Source: a virus
Taxonomy: Duplodnaviria; Caudoviricetes
Virus record (IMG/VR): IMGVR_UViG_3300011868_000001
Location: 128,001 to 192,000 of that record
Direction: 5' to 3' (one strand)
Length of the DNA stretch: 64,000 nt
Shown piece by piece: positions 18,706 through 28,501 of the stretch. Both the position numbers and the translations under genes were made by a program. Every line of letters begins with the position of its first letter. Position 1 is the stretch's first letter. Under the pieces are notes generated by a model, which had not been told where the DNA came from, did no database searches, and saw only the letters and a program-made list of their open reading frames with translations.

Positions 18706-19965
18706 ATGTCAGGCACAAACCCGACAGTGAAGTCCTTGTTCGATGCGGCTTGCAGCCATATCAACATTGACCGTAACTTCATTCGCCGCCTGCAGACCTA
18801 TCGCCAGAACTTTGCCAACAAAAACGACGATCACGTCGCATTCTTTGGCGGTCACCTGATGGGTGTGCAAGATGTACGCTTTACCAAGAGCGATCGTATC
18901 GAGTGGTTCACCTCGGTATTGGATATTGATGACGTCAGCTTGCAGAATGATCTACTGCAGCTAAAGACGCTTGTCCCCGATCCGAAGAAAGTGCGCTATG
19001 TTTCCACAGATGTCATGAACCTCTCGTGTCTGTGGCTGGTCCATGCGATTTACAATGCCAAGTTGACCGATAGCGAAAAGCACGCAGGCATGATCGATGC
19101 GCTGCTGGTACTACAATACAAGTTCATCACCTCGATCCTGTCGTACTGGTTCCCGAGCCGTGCCGATGAAGCGGTAGCAGTGGCCACCTATGCTCGTCTG
19201 CCGAAGAAGTACAAGCTCAAGGAATTGGGTAGCTGGGGCGCCTTGCTCCAATACCGTGCCGAAGCCTCTATCGACAAACGCTCGCCGCACTTTCTCAACA
19301 AGACCTTCCAGGATTTCGACGATGATTACGACATCATCTACATGGTCAACGATATCCAGGGCCGTATCAAGGGCTATTTGAGAAACATCCGCGACGAATT
19401 CGAAATCGTGCGCCGTGACCCCACTGCACTGATCAAAACCAATTCCAACACCACGGTCAATATGGACGGCGAAATCGTCGTCAAGACCCGGAAGAATCAG
19501 TACAGCACCTATCGTCGTTATCTGGATGACGTCATGGCCGACCGGAACAGTTTTATCATCAAGGAACTGACGGAGATTGTGGCCGGCTGCATGCCGAAGC
19601 TGCCTTACCGTAACATGGTCGATTGTTTGGAATACATGGCCAAACACTCATCCAAGCTCAAGGGTGATCCCAACGTCGTCAAGTTGGCAGACCTGACCCT
19701 TGAACACCTGTTTGACTTTATCGCCTCGAACCGCAACGCCATCAATGTCAAAGACTTGCCGACCCTGCTGACCAAGTTGCGCAATCTGTACACGGCCTCA
19801 CGGGCCAACAATGACTTGCTGCTGCAAATGCGCGACGTGGGTGAAGAAGTAGTCCGTAAAGCGGTAAAGACCAAGAACGCAGCGCTGGTCGCGTCTATCC
19901 GTACTGGTGCTATTCTGTATTTAGTGCTAAGAACAGTCACCATGAACCATTACAGGAAAGATTAA
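18706..19965 (+). CDS. Conserved jumbo-phage protein, probably late or virion-associated
   Basis: 419 aa from MSGTNP with an AGGA RBS. Confidence 0.75.
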   Translation: MSGTNPTVKSLFDAACSHINIDRNFIRRLQTYRQNFANKNDDHVAFFGGHLMGVQDVRFTKSDRIEWFTSVLDIDDVSLQNDLLQLKTLVPDPKKVRYVSTDVMNLSCLWLVHAIYNAKLTDSEKHAGMIDALLVLQYKFITSILSYWFPSRADEAVAVATYARLPKKYKLKELGSWGALLQYRAEASIDKRSPHFLNKTFQDFDDDYDIIYMVNDIQGRIKGYLRNIRDEFEIVRRDPTALIKTNSNTTVNMDGEIVVKTRKNQYSTYRRYLDDVMADRNSFIIKELTEIVAGCMPKLPYRNMVDCLEYMAKHSSKLKGDPNVVKLADLTLEHLFDFIASNRNAINVKDLPTLLTKLRNLYTASRANNDLLLQMRDVGEEVVRKAVKTKNAALVASIRTGAILYLVLRTVTMNHYRKD

Positions 19966-20775
19966 ATGCCCCGTCCACAAAAAGCATATAGCCTCGATGA
20001 TCCAGCGATCGTCGAGGTTCGGGACATCTACACCCCTTATCGCCTCACCAATGCTCGTTGGAATGAGGTGGCCATCAAAGGGTGGTACCGCCCGACTACC
20101 CTGATGACCCACGAATACCGCCGGATGATACCACCCTACGCCCCTCATGAGCTTGGCTGGTTAACCTTGTCCGGTCAGCAATTGGGTTCGGAGATGATCC
20201 GGTTCCTTGATCTTGAACTGACAGCCTACAGGACCTTTAAGGCAGCCGCCTTCGACTGTGCACATCGACAACTGGATTGGGCTTTGGCGTTTGCCTCCCT
20301 GCCTAGCGATGAGCAGGATGCCGCCTTGTCGAACCGTCCTGTAAGCGCTGCAGAGCTTCTAGGTGAGCAGGCATTCAAACTCCTGGGGTTGGTCAGTCCC
20401 ATGAGCTTTGTAAGCCCACAGAGCCGCCATGGGGCCTTCTACCCGGTGATCAAGATGCCGGTGAACCCAGCCCCTGAAACATCGACCAAGCCGTTCCTGA
20501 TCGATTGCCATAAAGCCCAGGCACTCATCGAACGTGCCGATGCGTTTGACCGGTTTGCCGATCAGGTCGAGCAGGAGTTCTACAAGACGGAAGAGAAGCT
20601 TAAGCGTCTGACCTCAGCACGCAAGCTCAACCTCAAGCCCTTCTTACACAAAACAAAGTACTTCGACCCTGAACTGATCTCGGATGCCAACATCGCCTTG
20701 GCAGGTGGTCTGTTCTATCGCTCAAGGGCTTTGGCTGACTTCCTGCGTAAGATGGTCTACACCAACGTCATGTGA
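19966..20775 (+). CDS. Hypothetical protein
   Basis: 269 aa, abuts the previous gene, followed by a hairpin. Confidence 0.65.
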   Translation: MPRPQKAYSLDDPAIVEVRDIYTPYRLTNARWNEVAIKGWYRPTTLMTHEYRRMIPPYAPHELGWLTLSGQQLGSEMIRFLDLELTAYRTFKAAAFDCAHRQLDWALAFASLPSDEQDAALSNRPVSAAELLGEQAFKLLGLVSPMSFVSPQSRHGAFYPVIKMPVNPAPETSTKPFLIDCHKAQALIERADAFDRFADQVEQEFYKTEEKLKRLTSARKLNLKPFLHKTKYFDPELISDANIALAGGLFYRSRALADFLRKMVYTNVM

Positions 20776-20779
20776 TGCA

Positions 20780-20813
20780 GCATAGAGGGAGGGCCGAAGC
20801 CCTCCCTCTATGC
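20780..20813. terminator. Bidirectional hairpin with GCATA/TATGC ends
   Basis: GCATAGAGGGAGGGC-cgaa-GCCCTCCCTCTATGC between convergent genes. Confidence 0.75.
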
Positions 20814-20817
20814 CGTC

Positions 20818-23040
20818 TTACCGCACCACCAGTTCACCACGATTACTTGAGTAGGTTCTGCGCTGGCGCTGCACCATCCCAAAGTTAATCGGGCGATCCA
20901 GTTCCAACTCCCTCCCTGGCCCAAGGTTACGACCAATGATTGCGCGCCGTTCCCGGTTGCTTTCTTTGATCTGGTCGATCGAGCCTGTCGCATCCATGTC
21001 AAACTCTTCACTGAGTTGTGACATCAGTACGTCCAGCTTATGCTGCAACTTGATGCGCTCGTAGGTATTGCGTTCCTGCCCTAACTGCTCCGACAGCTTG
21101 CCGATTTCATCCCGAATCCGCTGCTGTTGATCGTAACGACGCTGCTCGTCCCACGAGAGCTTGTGCTCGGCCTCGTACACCCGGCGTTTGACTTCACTCA
21201 GCGTGATACCGTAATGCTCAAGGTTCTTGCCGTACGTCAGGAACCAGTGACACAACAGCCAGCTGATGACATGGTCGTCATGACCTGAGGCATCGTGGTC
21301 AATTCGATTGTTGCGCTCAACTAGACGCGACAGCTCACTCTGAAGCTTGGAATCCCTGACCAGACTGCCTGACTTCTTGGCGGCCTCCTGTAGCACAGGA
21401 CCGTAGATGATCTGGCGCAGATCGCTGTTGGTTGGGAACCCGAAGAACTTCCGATACGACCGGTAGTTATCCCGATCACCGATGTACTCCTGGAACCGCT
21501 TGCGGTCCTGGGGCGATTCATCCTTGGCATCGACCAGCGTCGAGTAGATGCGCCGCGCCGGATCGATCTTGTACGTCGGTAGCGTCAGCAACATGGTATC
21601 CAGAATACCGATCCAGGTGGACTTCGATTCTGGTACCAGCGTCAGTTTAGGGAAACGTACCATGATCTTGACCAGCCACATGGCAAACACTGTCAGGTTC
21701 GAATCGTTCACAGTCCAGGCACCGACCACCTCAAGGGTACTGGTGTCGACGATCACTCCGGTGATGTTGTCTCGACCCACCGCGTTTGAGGTATCCATAC
21801 CCATGATCACTTCACGGTTAGGCAGTCCGGCCCTGACCTCAGCTTCTGAGACATACCAGCGAATCGAGTAATGATCCTGCTTATCGATTTCCAAATAAGC
21901 CGGTTTGACCACACTGGCATGGATCTTTCGCAGTGTGTCCTTAGACAATGGGTTACGGGCGTTACCCGAGGTCCATTCGTTCATGTAGTCGCGACGGACT
22001 TCATCACCGGTCTGACGCGATTCGGCGATCTTGGTCCGCAACCATGCATCGGTCTTACCCAACTGTTTATGGTTGAACGTACCGTTGATCAGAATCGCTT
22101 CTTTGTTACGACACTGTTTCCGCACCACGTCGTACAACTCTACTTGATCTTGACAGTCATAGAACTTATCGTTCCACTCCGCTCCACCTGTCATGAGGTC
22201 GTAGGCATACGCGCCTTCTGGCGTGTCCAATTCTCCAGCGGTTGTGGTGAAGATGTTACCGTAAGGCAGACCGTTACGCGCAGCTTCTTCACGGGCCGCA
22301 CCACCACCTGCGAGCATAACACCGAGGGAGATGTGCACGTTCTTCAAGAAGGCAATTTCGTCCGTGTGGCTGTGTGGGGTGGTCAGACCACGACCCAGAT
22401 TACGGGCGGCTTCTTCGTCCTTCTGCGGGATGTACACCACCATCCGGTTACCTTGGGAGTAGTTGGTGAACTCCTTCTGGTTGTCGGTGTCTTTCTTGGT
22501 GATGTTGACAAGGTACTTAGGCAGCAACCCCCGCAGCTTCTTCAAACGGGCGATGTGTTCTTTAAACAAGTCGCCTTTGGTAAACAGGTTAGACCGCGAG
22601 TTACGGGCGCCAAAGACCTGATACCACACCGAAATACCGTCGGAGTTCAGCGACTTACCGGTCTGACGAATCTGCACCAGAAAATAATCGATGTGGTTCA
22701 AGAAACTCCACCACAGCGAGATGTTACCCCGGTTCGCCTGTAGCTGCATGGGTGTATCACCGGCAGCCGGAGGTACACGCATGACTTCACGAATAAAGTA
22801 CCACGGGTTAAACGTGCACTCGATCTTGATCTTAAGTTTAAGTTCGTCCGAGAGCATGGGGTCAAATGGATCGACACCCTGCAAGTCCGGCTGCATCAGC
22901 GCCAGTGGGAACAGATGGTTCTGCACCCCCATGTGTTTTAGCAAGGCGGAAAATTCCAAGAACGAGGTGTTCTTAGTTTTGGTATCCCAGATAGCAGTTG
23001 GGTAGTTATCCCAGTCCTTCTGGAAGAGAATTGTTTGCAT
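20818..23040 (-). CDS. terL: Terminase large subunit
   Basis: Walker A RQTGKS, Walker B HTDE, TTT motif, RNase-H-like nuclease motifs GMDTS and HDDHV. Confidence 0.9.
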   Translation of the reverse strand: MQTILFQKDWDNYPTAIWDTKTKNTSFLEFSALLKHMGVQNHLFPLALMQPDLQGVDPFDPMLSDELKLKIKIECTFNPWYFIREVMRVPPAAGDTPMQLQANRGNISLWWSFLNHIDYFLVQIRQTGKSLNSDGISVWYQVFGARNSRSNLFTKGDLFKEHIARLKKLRGLLPKYLVNITKKDTDNQKEFTNYSQGNRMVVYIPQKDEEAARNLGRGLTTPHSHTDEIAFLKNVHISLGVMLAGGGAAREEAARNGLPYGNIFTTTAGELDTPEGAYAYDLMTGGAEWNDKFYDCQDQVELYDVVRKQCRNKEAILINGTFNHKQLGKTDAWLRTKIAESRQTGDEVRRDYMNEWTSGNARNPLSKDTLRKIHASVVKPAYLEIDKQDHYSIRWYVSEAEVRAGLPNREVIMGMDTSNAVGRDNITGVIVDTSTLEVVGAWTVNDSNLTVFAMWLVKIMVRFPKLTLVPESKSTWIGILDTMLLTLPTYKIDPARRIYSTLVDAKDESPQDRKRFQEYIGDRDNYRSYRKFFGFPTNSDLRQIIYGPVLQEAAKKSGSLVRDSKLQSELSRLVERNNRIDHDASGHDDHVISWLLCHWFLTYGKNLEHYGITLSEVKRRVYEAEHKLSWDEQRRYDQQQRIRDEIGKLSEQLGQERNTYERIKLQHKLDVLMSQLSEEFDMDATGSIDQIKESNRERRAIIGRNLGPGRELELDRPINFGMVQRQRRTYSSNRGELVVR

Positions 23041-23099
23041 GACGCCTCCAAATACCCAGGCCTGCCGAGGATTACCCTCGACAGACCCAAGTACATGAA

Positions 23100-24776
23100 T
23101 CAGTTACTCTGCTCGACAGCCAGACCGGTCACACCCAGCTGAAGCTGAGCGTTTGCGGTTTCACGAATCCACCGGATGTAGATGGTTTCACCCACGTTAA
23201 CATCATTGAAGATCGGGAATTCTTGTTTCCACTGAGACAGCGCGAAGGGGTATTCACGAGTCTTGGTGTGGATGATGAAGTGAGTCGGCTCAGGAGCCCG
23301 GACTTCACTGGTGTCATCGAACAGATGGTTGAGAGGGTAGTACAGTTTGTTGAGCCAGTCGCCTACATCAGCTGCCCCTACATCCAGCTTCAGGCCAGAC
23401 AGGTTGGTGTTGATGAAACGGTTCTTGGCCACCACGCCTGCACCAAAGAATTTAGCTTGTGCCGGGTCACACTTGACCTGCCACTTATCGCCATTCTCGT
23501 TACCGGCTTTGTTCAGGGCGATTTCAACCGCCTGAGTGAAACGGTGTGCACTGAAGATTGGGTCGACGTTGCTCAGCAACACGCCAAACTTCAGACGCTG
23601 ACGGGATATGAAGTCCAATCCGTCAAAGGCCACTTCATTGTCTGGAATCTCCACCACCGAGCGAGGCACTCGATAATAGACATCCCGATCGATGTTGAAG
23701 AGCCAGAAATCCAGGTCGTAGCGACCCGCTGGAGAGTTCCAGGTCGGGAAGGCGTACAGACGCACACTATAAGCATGGTCTGCCGCGACGGCCTTGATGG
23801 TAAAGGCTTCGGTGATATAACCGTTTTCGGTGATACCATGCTCAAGCGAATACTCATCTTCACTCAGTCGGTAGCTCAGGGTGAGCTTGTGGGGATGTGA
23901 CTGAATGGTCGGCGAATACCAGCGCAGGCCGTGCAGGCTCATCTTGCCGGTACCGTCCATGACGATGGGCACTTCCATTTCTTCACCGGTGTTATAGCGC
24001 ACGACCCCGATCAGGGTGATGGTACGCACATCGATGTTGATTGGCACGACCAGCTGACTCGGATCGGCATCCGATACATACGGGCTCTTGATCCCGATGC
24101 TGCGGATCTGCTTGCGACCGGCGGCAGTGCGACGCACCAGCGAGGTGTTTTCCACCAGCATGGTCGAGTGACTGAGCTTGTGACCAACGGCATTATACAG
24201 CACAACCGTGACCACCTCACCATTGTTCAACCGGCGATTGGTATTGCCTGCTTTAGGCGCCCAGATCGCGAAGTTGTTGATGTTGTCGTTGCCGACATGC
24301 TCAAGCGGAATGTTCTCGCCAATGAACTCGCCCGACGGACTGTAATACGCGCTGACCACGATACCGTTGTCAGTGATGTCCGTACCCAAGAACACCTTGT
24401 AGTGATCGGCATCGGAACGATACAGGTGCAGGCGGCCGTCAATCTGCATCGAGAACGGCATTTGCCGAGTGTCGATATACACCCGCCAGCTTTCGCTCTG
24501 CATGCCACTGCCTACACCAAGCAGCTGGTCGATGACGACATTGTTTTGCGTCACGGCCGGTAGCGTCCAAGGAATGTACTTAGACAGTCCTGTGGTGATG
24601 TCGATGGTGGTCACCAGATACCAACCTGAGGTCAGGTCGAGGATCAGGTCATTGACGTTCGGGCAATGCAGACCAGTGCCTGGCTTGCCGGTGAAGATCT
24701 GGTTCATGAACCAGATGCGTTGTTCGCGATCCAGATCGACAATGCCAATCTGGGGGATATCGGAAACTGTACTCAT
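23100..24776 (-). CDS. Virion structural (baseplate/tail-region) protein, phiKZ gp26-like
   Basis: 558 aa, beta-rich; lies between terminase and sheath. Confidence 0.65.
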   Translation of the reverse strand: MSTVSDIPQIGIVDLDREQRIWFMNQIFTGKPGTGLHCPNVNDLILDLTSGWYLVTTIDITTGLSKYIPWTLPAVTQNNVVIDQLLGVGSGMQSESWRVYIDTRQMPFSMQIDGRLHLYRSDADHYKVFLGTDITDNGIVVSAYYSPSGEFIGENIPLEHVGNDNINNFAIWAPKAGNTNRRLNNGEVVTVVLYNAVGHKLSHSTMLVENTSLVRRTAAGRKQIRSIGIKSPYVSDADPSQLVVPINIDVRTITLIGVVRYNTGEEMEVPIVMDGTGKMSLHGLRWYSPTIQSHPHKLTLSYRLSEDEYSLEHGITENGYITEAFTIKAVAADHAYSVRLYAFPTWNSPAGRYDLDFWLFNIDRDVYYRVPRSVVEIPDNEVAFDGLDFISRQRLKFGVLLSNVDPIFSAHRFTQAVEIALNKAGNENGDKWQVKCDPAQAKFFGAGVVAKNRFINTNLSGLKLDVGAADVGDWLNKLYYPLNHLFDDTSEVRAPEPTHFIIHTKTREYPFALSQWKQEFPIFNDVNVGETIYIRWIRETANAQLQLGVTGLAVEQSN

Positions 24777-24819
24777 TTATTCAATCACGGGGGTGGTTAC
24801 CCCCGTGCTCCTGAGGCAA

Positions 24820-27387
24820 TTAAATGGGCAGGTGGTCGATGACGATGGAATGGGTGATATCGATCTTGTCGTTGAGCATGACTCGAATGACACGCGCGAT
24901 AAAGTTGTACTGGTAAATGGTCAGTGCATACGGGATGTTGCGCTCATGAGCATCAATCAGTACGTACCGCTCATCCAGCCCCATCATGGTAGGCTCGTAT
25001 TTGAGCAGCCACAGGTAAGGTTCGCACCATTTGCGCACGTCGACATCGCTGTAGTATTCCTGCAGCGGTGTTTGATCGAAATAGCCGTTGATGAGATCGT
25101 GCATGATCTTGCCAACAAACGGACTATACAAGGCATGGCGCCTTGGGATCAGGTTGACCTCTTGAGCCGGAATCTCTCCCAGTCGGTCAGTCATGTAATC
25201 TTCGATCTGTAAGTCTGTCGCCTCGGCCTTATTGCGCAGGCTGTAGGCATCTTCATGCGTGACGCCCCGCAAGGGAATCAGCGGCTCAGTGACTTGATAG
25301 GGTGCACCATTGCGCACGTTCGACAGCAGAACATCAGGACGGTCTTCCGCCCAATTGAGTTCGCTGCGACAGAACACACGACCGTCGGCAATCACTCGGA
25401 TGACTTTATCATCACGCAGATTCCAGCGGTTGTTGCGACTGAGCAGCCCATTTTCTACAAACCCGTATTCGGCTTCCTTGACACGGGACATATCTGGGTT
25501 GCAGAAACCCGTCGCCCGAATGGTGACGATGTTGTTGGTCCCTGCCTGATTGCGCCACTGCTTATTGATGATGCAAATCTCTTTACCGACCTGTACCCAA
25601 TCGAGTTTCTCAATCAGCGGACGTCCATTTAGCCAGATTTCCAACAGGCCGCTCGGAATCTCAACCAGACCGTTGTACAACACACCGTCGATCCGCAGTT
25701 CCTTGACGTTCAGGCTAAAACGCAGCAGCTTATCGTCGTAGTCCAGTTCCAGGTTATAGGTCAGGAACGTATCGTCGAGCTTGATGGCGGTGTAGTAGTT
25801 GATCGGGTTGACCTTCCACATGACCATGCCATCGACCACGTCGTAGTAACTGGCATCGCCTGTCACATCACGCCAATCGCCCGTGGGTTTACCGGCTTGG
25901 ATCGGAGAGACGTAGCACCGGTAGTTGAGCTTTGCCGGCGGGGCATAGTTGCGCGCATACACCGTGGACTGTACCTCCGACCCACGTCCAACGATACCTT
26001 CGATGTACCGGCAGCTTGCATGACGAGGGATGTACCACTGGGAGTTGACGTTAAGGTACCATCCAAGCAACACCCCTTGAGCATTGTATTCGTAGATGGT
26101 CGATTCCCCGCGCAGACCAAACGGCAGCGAAACCCATTCCTTGCTCTGCTCCACTTTCTGAGGCGTGTCAGCCAAGATACGCGTGATTGCGTTATAGCCA
26201 TAGGCTGACTCGACCATCTGCCGAGTGATGGTTCCTGCTTTGGCTCGCATCAAAGCGGTGTAAGCCGATTTCTCCAGCTCCTCAATCCGCCAGACATCTA
26301 CCACCGCCTCAGAACCCATGATGGCTGCGTAGAAGTTGTCCCTGCCGAGTTTATACAGCTCTTTAAGGTGATGTGCCTCATCGGTCAGGTCTTTATCCAT
26401 CCCCGAGCGGCGCTGCACCAGCTGTACGGTCAGTTGGTTATTGGTCGCCCAGCCTGGATTCAGGGAACAGAAGCGATCAATGAACGCCACTGGAACCGAA
26501 TAGTCCTGATGCGTCACCATGCGAAGCGAGTCTTCCTGGTTCTTATGGAAGTACACCCCCTTCTGAATAAATGGCGTGCGCTTGTACATCAGAAAGAGGT
26601 CTTGATCATCGCGGTAGCGGATCAGGTTATCACTGGCCCGCGGTGGGTGAAGAAGATACTTCTGCTTCTGATCCAGCTCGGAAAGAAAGACAGGCAGGTC
26701 TTTGACCTCAAACTCTACCACCCGTTCAACCGAACTGTCACGCACCATCTCCACCCTATCGTTTCGAACGACAGTAGCCGTGGTGATGTCGTTGACCCGC
26801 CAGCCATTCACGTAGCAGAACACATAACCCGAGCGCTCCTGCATCTGCCGCAGCTTGAACGTCAGGGCGTTGATCTGCGATGTATTTGCCGGAACACTGT
26901 AGTTGTACTCGATGCCTTCGTGAACATCATGCTGCTCTTCGCGGTTGAAGAACTCATTGCTGTAGAAGCGGAAGTACAGGTCTTCCTCACCAAACCCTCC
27001 AATAGAAGGCAGGTGCTCAACCGCCACCACGATGTTGCCATCCTCGGTCATGAGGAAGTATGCCAGTTGCCGGGGAACCATCAGGCCGCGTTCACTGTAG
27101 ATGTCGATCAGCATGCTGGTGTCGACCATCTGACTGCTGGCGCTGGTCCAGACATTCTTCTTCAGCTCAAGGCCCAGGTTGCTCTGGGCGATGTTGCCAA
27201 ACTGGAACACGTGATAGCGAACACCTGCGGTTGGCAGGTTGTACGTATTCCACAGAACAGGGATACTTCCACGAGCCCCGACTTTAGGGCTGATGCGTGC
27301 AGGTCGCAGGATGTGCTGCCGGTCTTGCTCTGGCGCACACCAGACATGCTGGTACGCATGGTTGATCAAAAAATCATCGGAGGTCAT
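24820..27387 (-). CDS. Virion structural (baseplate-region) protein, phiKZ gp27-like
   Basis: 855 aa with N-terminal VWCAPEQDRQ; synteny. Confidence 0.65.
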   Translation of the reverse strand: MTSDDFLINHAYQHVWCAPEQDRQHILRPARISPKVGARGSIPVLWNTYNLPTAGVRYHVFQFGNIAQSNLGLELKKNVWTSASSQMVDTSMLIDIYSERGLMVPRQLAYFLMTEDGNIVVAVEHLPSIGGFGEEDLYFRFYSNEFFNREEQHDVHEGIEYNYSVPANTSQINALTFKLRQMQERSGYVFCYVNGWRVNDITTATVVRNDRVEMVRDSSVERVVEFEVKDLPVFLSELDQKQKYLLHPPRASDNLIRYRDDQDLFLMYKRTPFIQKGVYFHKNQEDSLRMVTHQDYSVPVAFIDRFCSLNPGWATNNQLTVQLVQRRSGMDKDLTDEAHHLKELYKLGRDNFYAAIMGSEAVVDVWRIEELEKSAYTALMRAKAGTITRQMVESAYGYNAITRILADTPQKVEQSKEWVSLPFGLRGESTIYEYNAQGVLLGWYLNVNSQWYIPRHASCRYIEGIVGRGSEVQSTVYARNYAPPAKLNYRCYVSPIQAGKPTGDWRDVTGDASYYDVVDGMVMWKVNPINYYTAIKLDDTFLTYNLELDYDDKLLRFSLNVKELRIDGVLYNGLVEIPSGLLEIWLNGRPLIEKLDWVQVGKEICIINKQWRNQAGTNNIVTIRATGFCNPDMSRVKEAEYGFVENGLLSRNNRWNLRDDKVIRVIADGRVFCRSELNWAEDRPDVLLSNVRNGAPYQVTEPLIPLRGVTHEDAYSLRNKAEATDLQIEDYMTDRLGEIPAQEVNLIPRRHALYSPFVGKIMHDLINGYFDQTPLQEYYSDVDVRKWCEPYLWLLKYEPTMMGLDERYVLIDAHERNIPYALTIYQYNFIARVIRVMLNDKIDITHSIVIDHLPI

Positions 27388-27402
27388 GAAATCACCTATT
27401 GA

Positions 27403-28338
27403 TTAACGGGTTTTGCCTTTAGCCATGCCCGCCAGTACTTCCATCGAGCGGATGAATTCATCCCCCGTCCGACCTACGCTCAGGCGTTCAACCAACTTAC
27501 CCAGATGGGTCTTGCGCCACACCTTGGCGTTACAGGCTGCTTCCACCAGGGCCAGGAATGCCGGCGGATATTCGAGGGCTACGGCCGAGATTTCCTGCGC
27601 ACCATAGCCGAACCAAGAACGGCCCAAGGCCATGACCAGGAAGCCGACATTGATCTGACTGACGCGGGTGTTGTGCGCAAAGTAGGTCTGCACACCCTTG
27701 ACGTAGTCGTCGAGCAGGTTCATGTACGGCAACTGGCCAACGATCCCTTCAATAAGCTGAAGGGGATGACGCGTCCAACGCTGAATCAGTTTCATCAGCT
27801 TGGCTTTGCCTTGTTCGCTCAGGCATTCTTCGGCAGTGAAGAACTGTTGCGCGTAGTAGAGTCCAGTAATGATCTGAAGCTCTCTTGCCACTTCAAGGTC
27901 AAGACCCAGCTTGGAGGCGATCGAATGACTGACCCAGGAGATGTAAACCTGCGCAGCCAGATCACCAACACGCAAGAAGTCCTCACGCATTTGGGGGTGT
28001 TTAACCCAAAGTGCAGTCAGGTCGCCGATCCGACAGAAGAAGTCAGATTGCATCTGGTTGACGACGACGAAACCTGCATCATTGCGGTTATCACGGCGCA
28101 TGAAAGACCGGCCGTCCATGAACACAGCACCCCAGTCACTCAGACGGCGATCGGCGTATTCAACATGGGTGATAGGCATCACGAAGGCAGGTACTTTCTC
28201 GGCGGTCGGAGTGACCATCATCACCGATTCACTTTCTGCAATCAGTCCACCCAGAGCTTTGGCGATCGCCAGTTCACTGACGATTTGAGCGATCGGATGG
28301 CGACGCAGCACTGTGGATTTCCAAGGACTGTCAATCAT
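27403..28338 (-). CDS. Virion-associated protein, phiKZ gp28-like
   Basis: 311 aa with ALEYPP motif; divergent from the sheath gene. Confidence 0.6.
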   Translation of the reverse strand: MIDSPWKSTVLRRHPIAQIVSELAIAKALGGLIAESESVMMVTPTAEKVPAFVMPITHVEYADRRLSDWGAVFMDGRSFMRRDNRNDAGFVVVNQMQSDFFCRIGDLTALWVKHPQMREDFLRVGDLAAQVYISWVSHSIASKLGLDLEVARELQIITGLYYAQQFFTAEECLSEQGKAKLMKLIQRWTRHPLQLIEGIVGQLPYMNLLDDYVKGVQTYFAHNTRVSQINVGFLVMALGRSWFGYGAQEISAVALEYPPAFLALVEAACNAKVWRKTHLGKLVERLSVGRTGDEFIRSMEVLAGMAKGKTR

Positions 28339-28501
28339 TTTTTGTAACCTCTGTCAGTGCACCTAGTAAAAAAATACAAAATAGTATGTGGTGGTGGTAT
28401 CGATCACATCGAGTACCGAATCCTACGTAAATGTAGGCAAGGGCCATACCATTCGTAACTTCACGCGCGAAGTTGATTTATTTCCCATGGGAGACATTAT
28501 A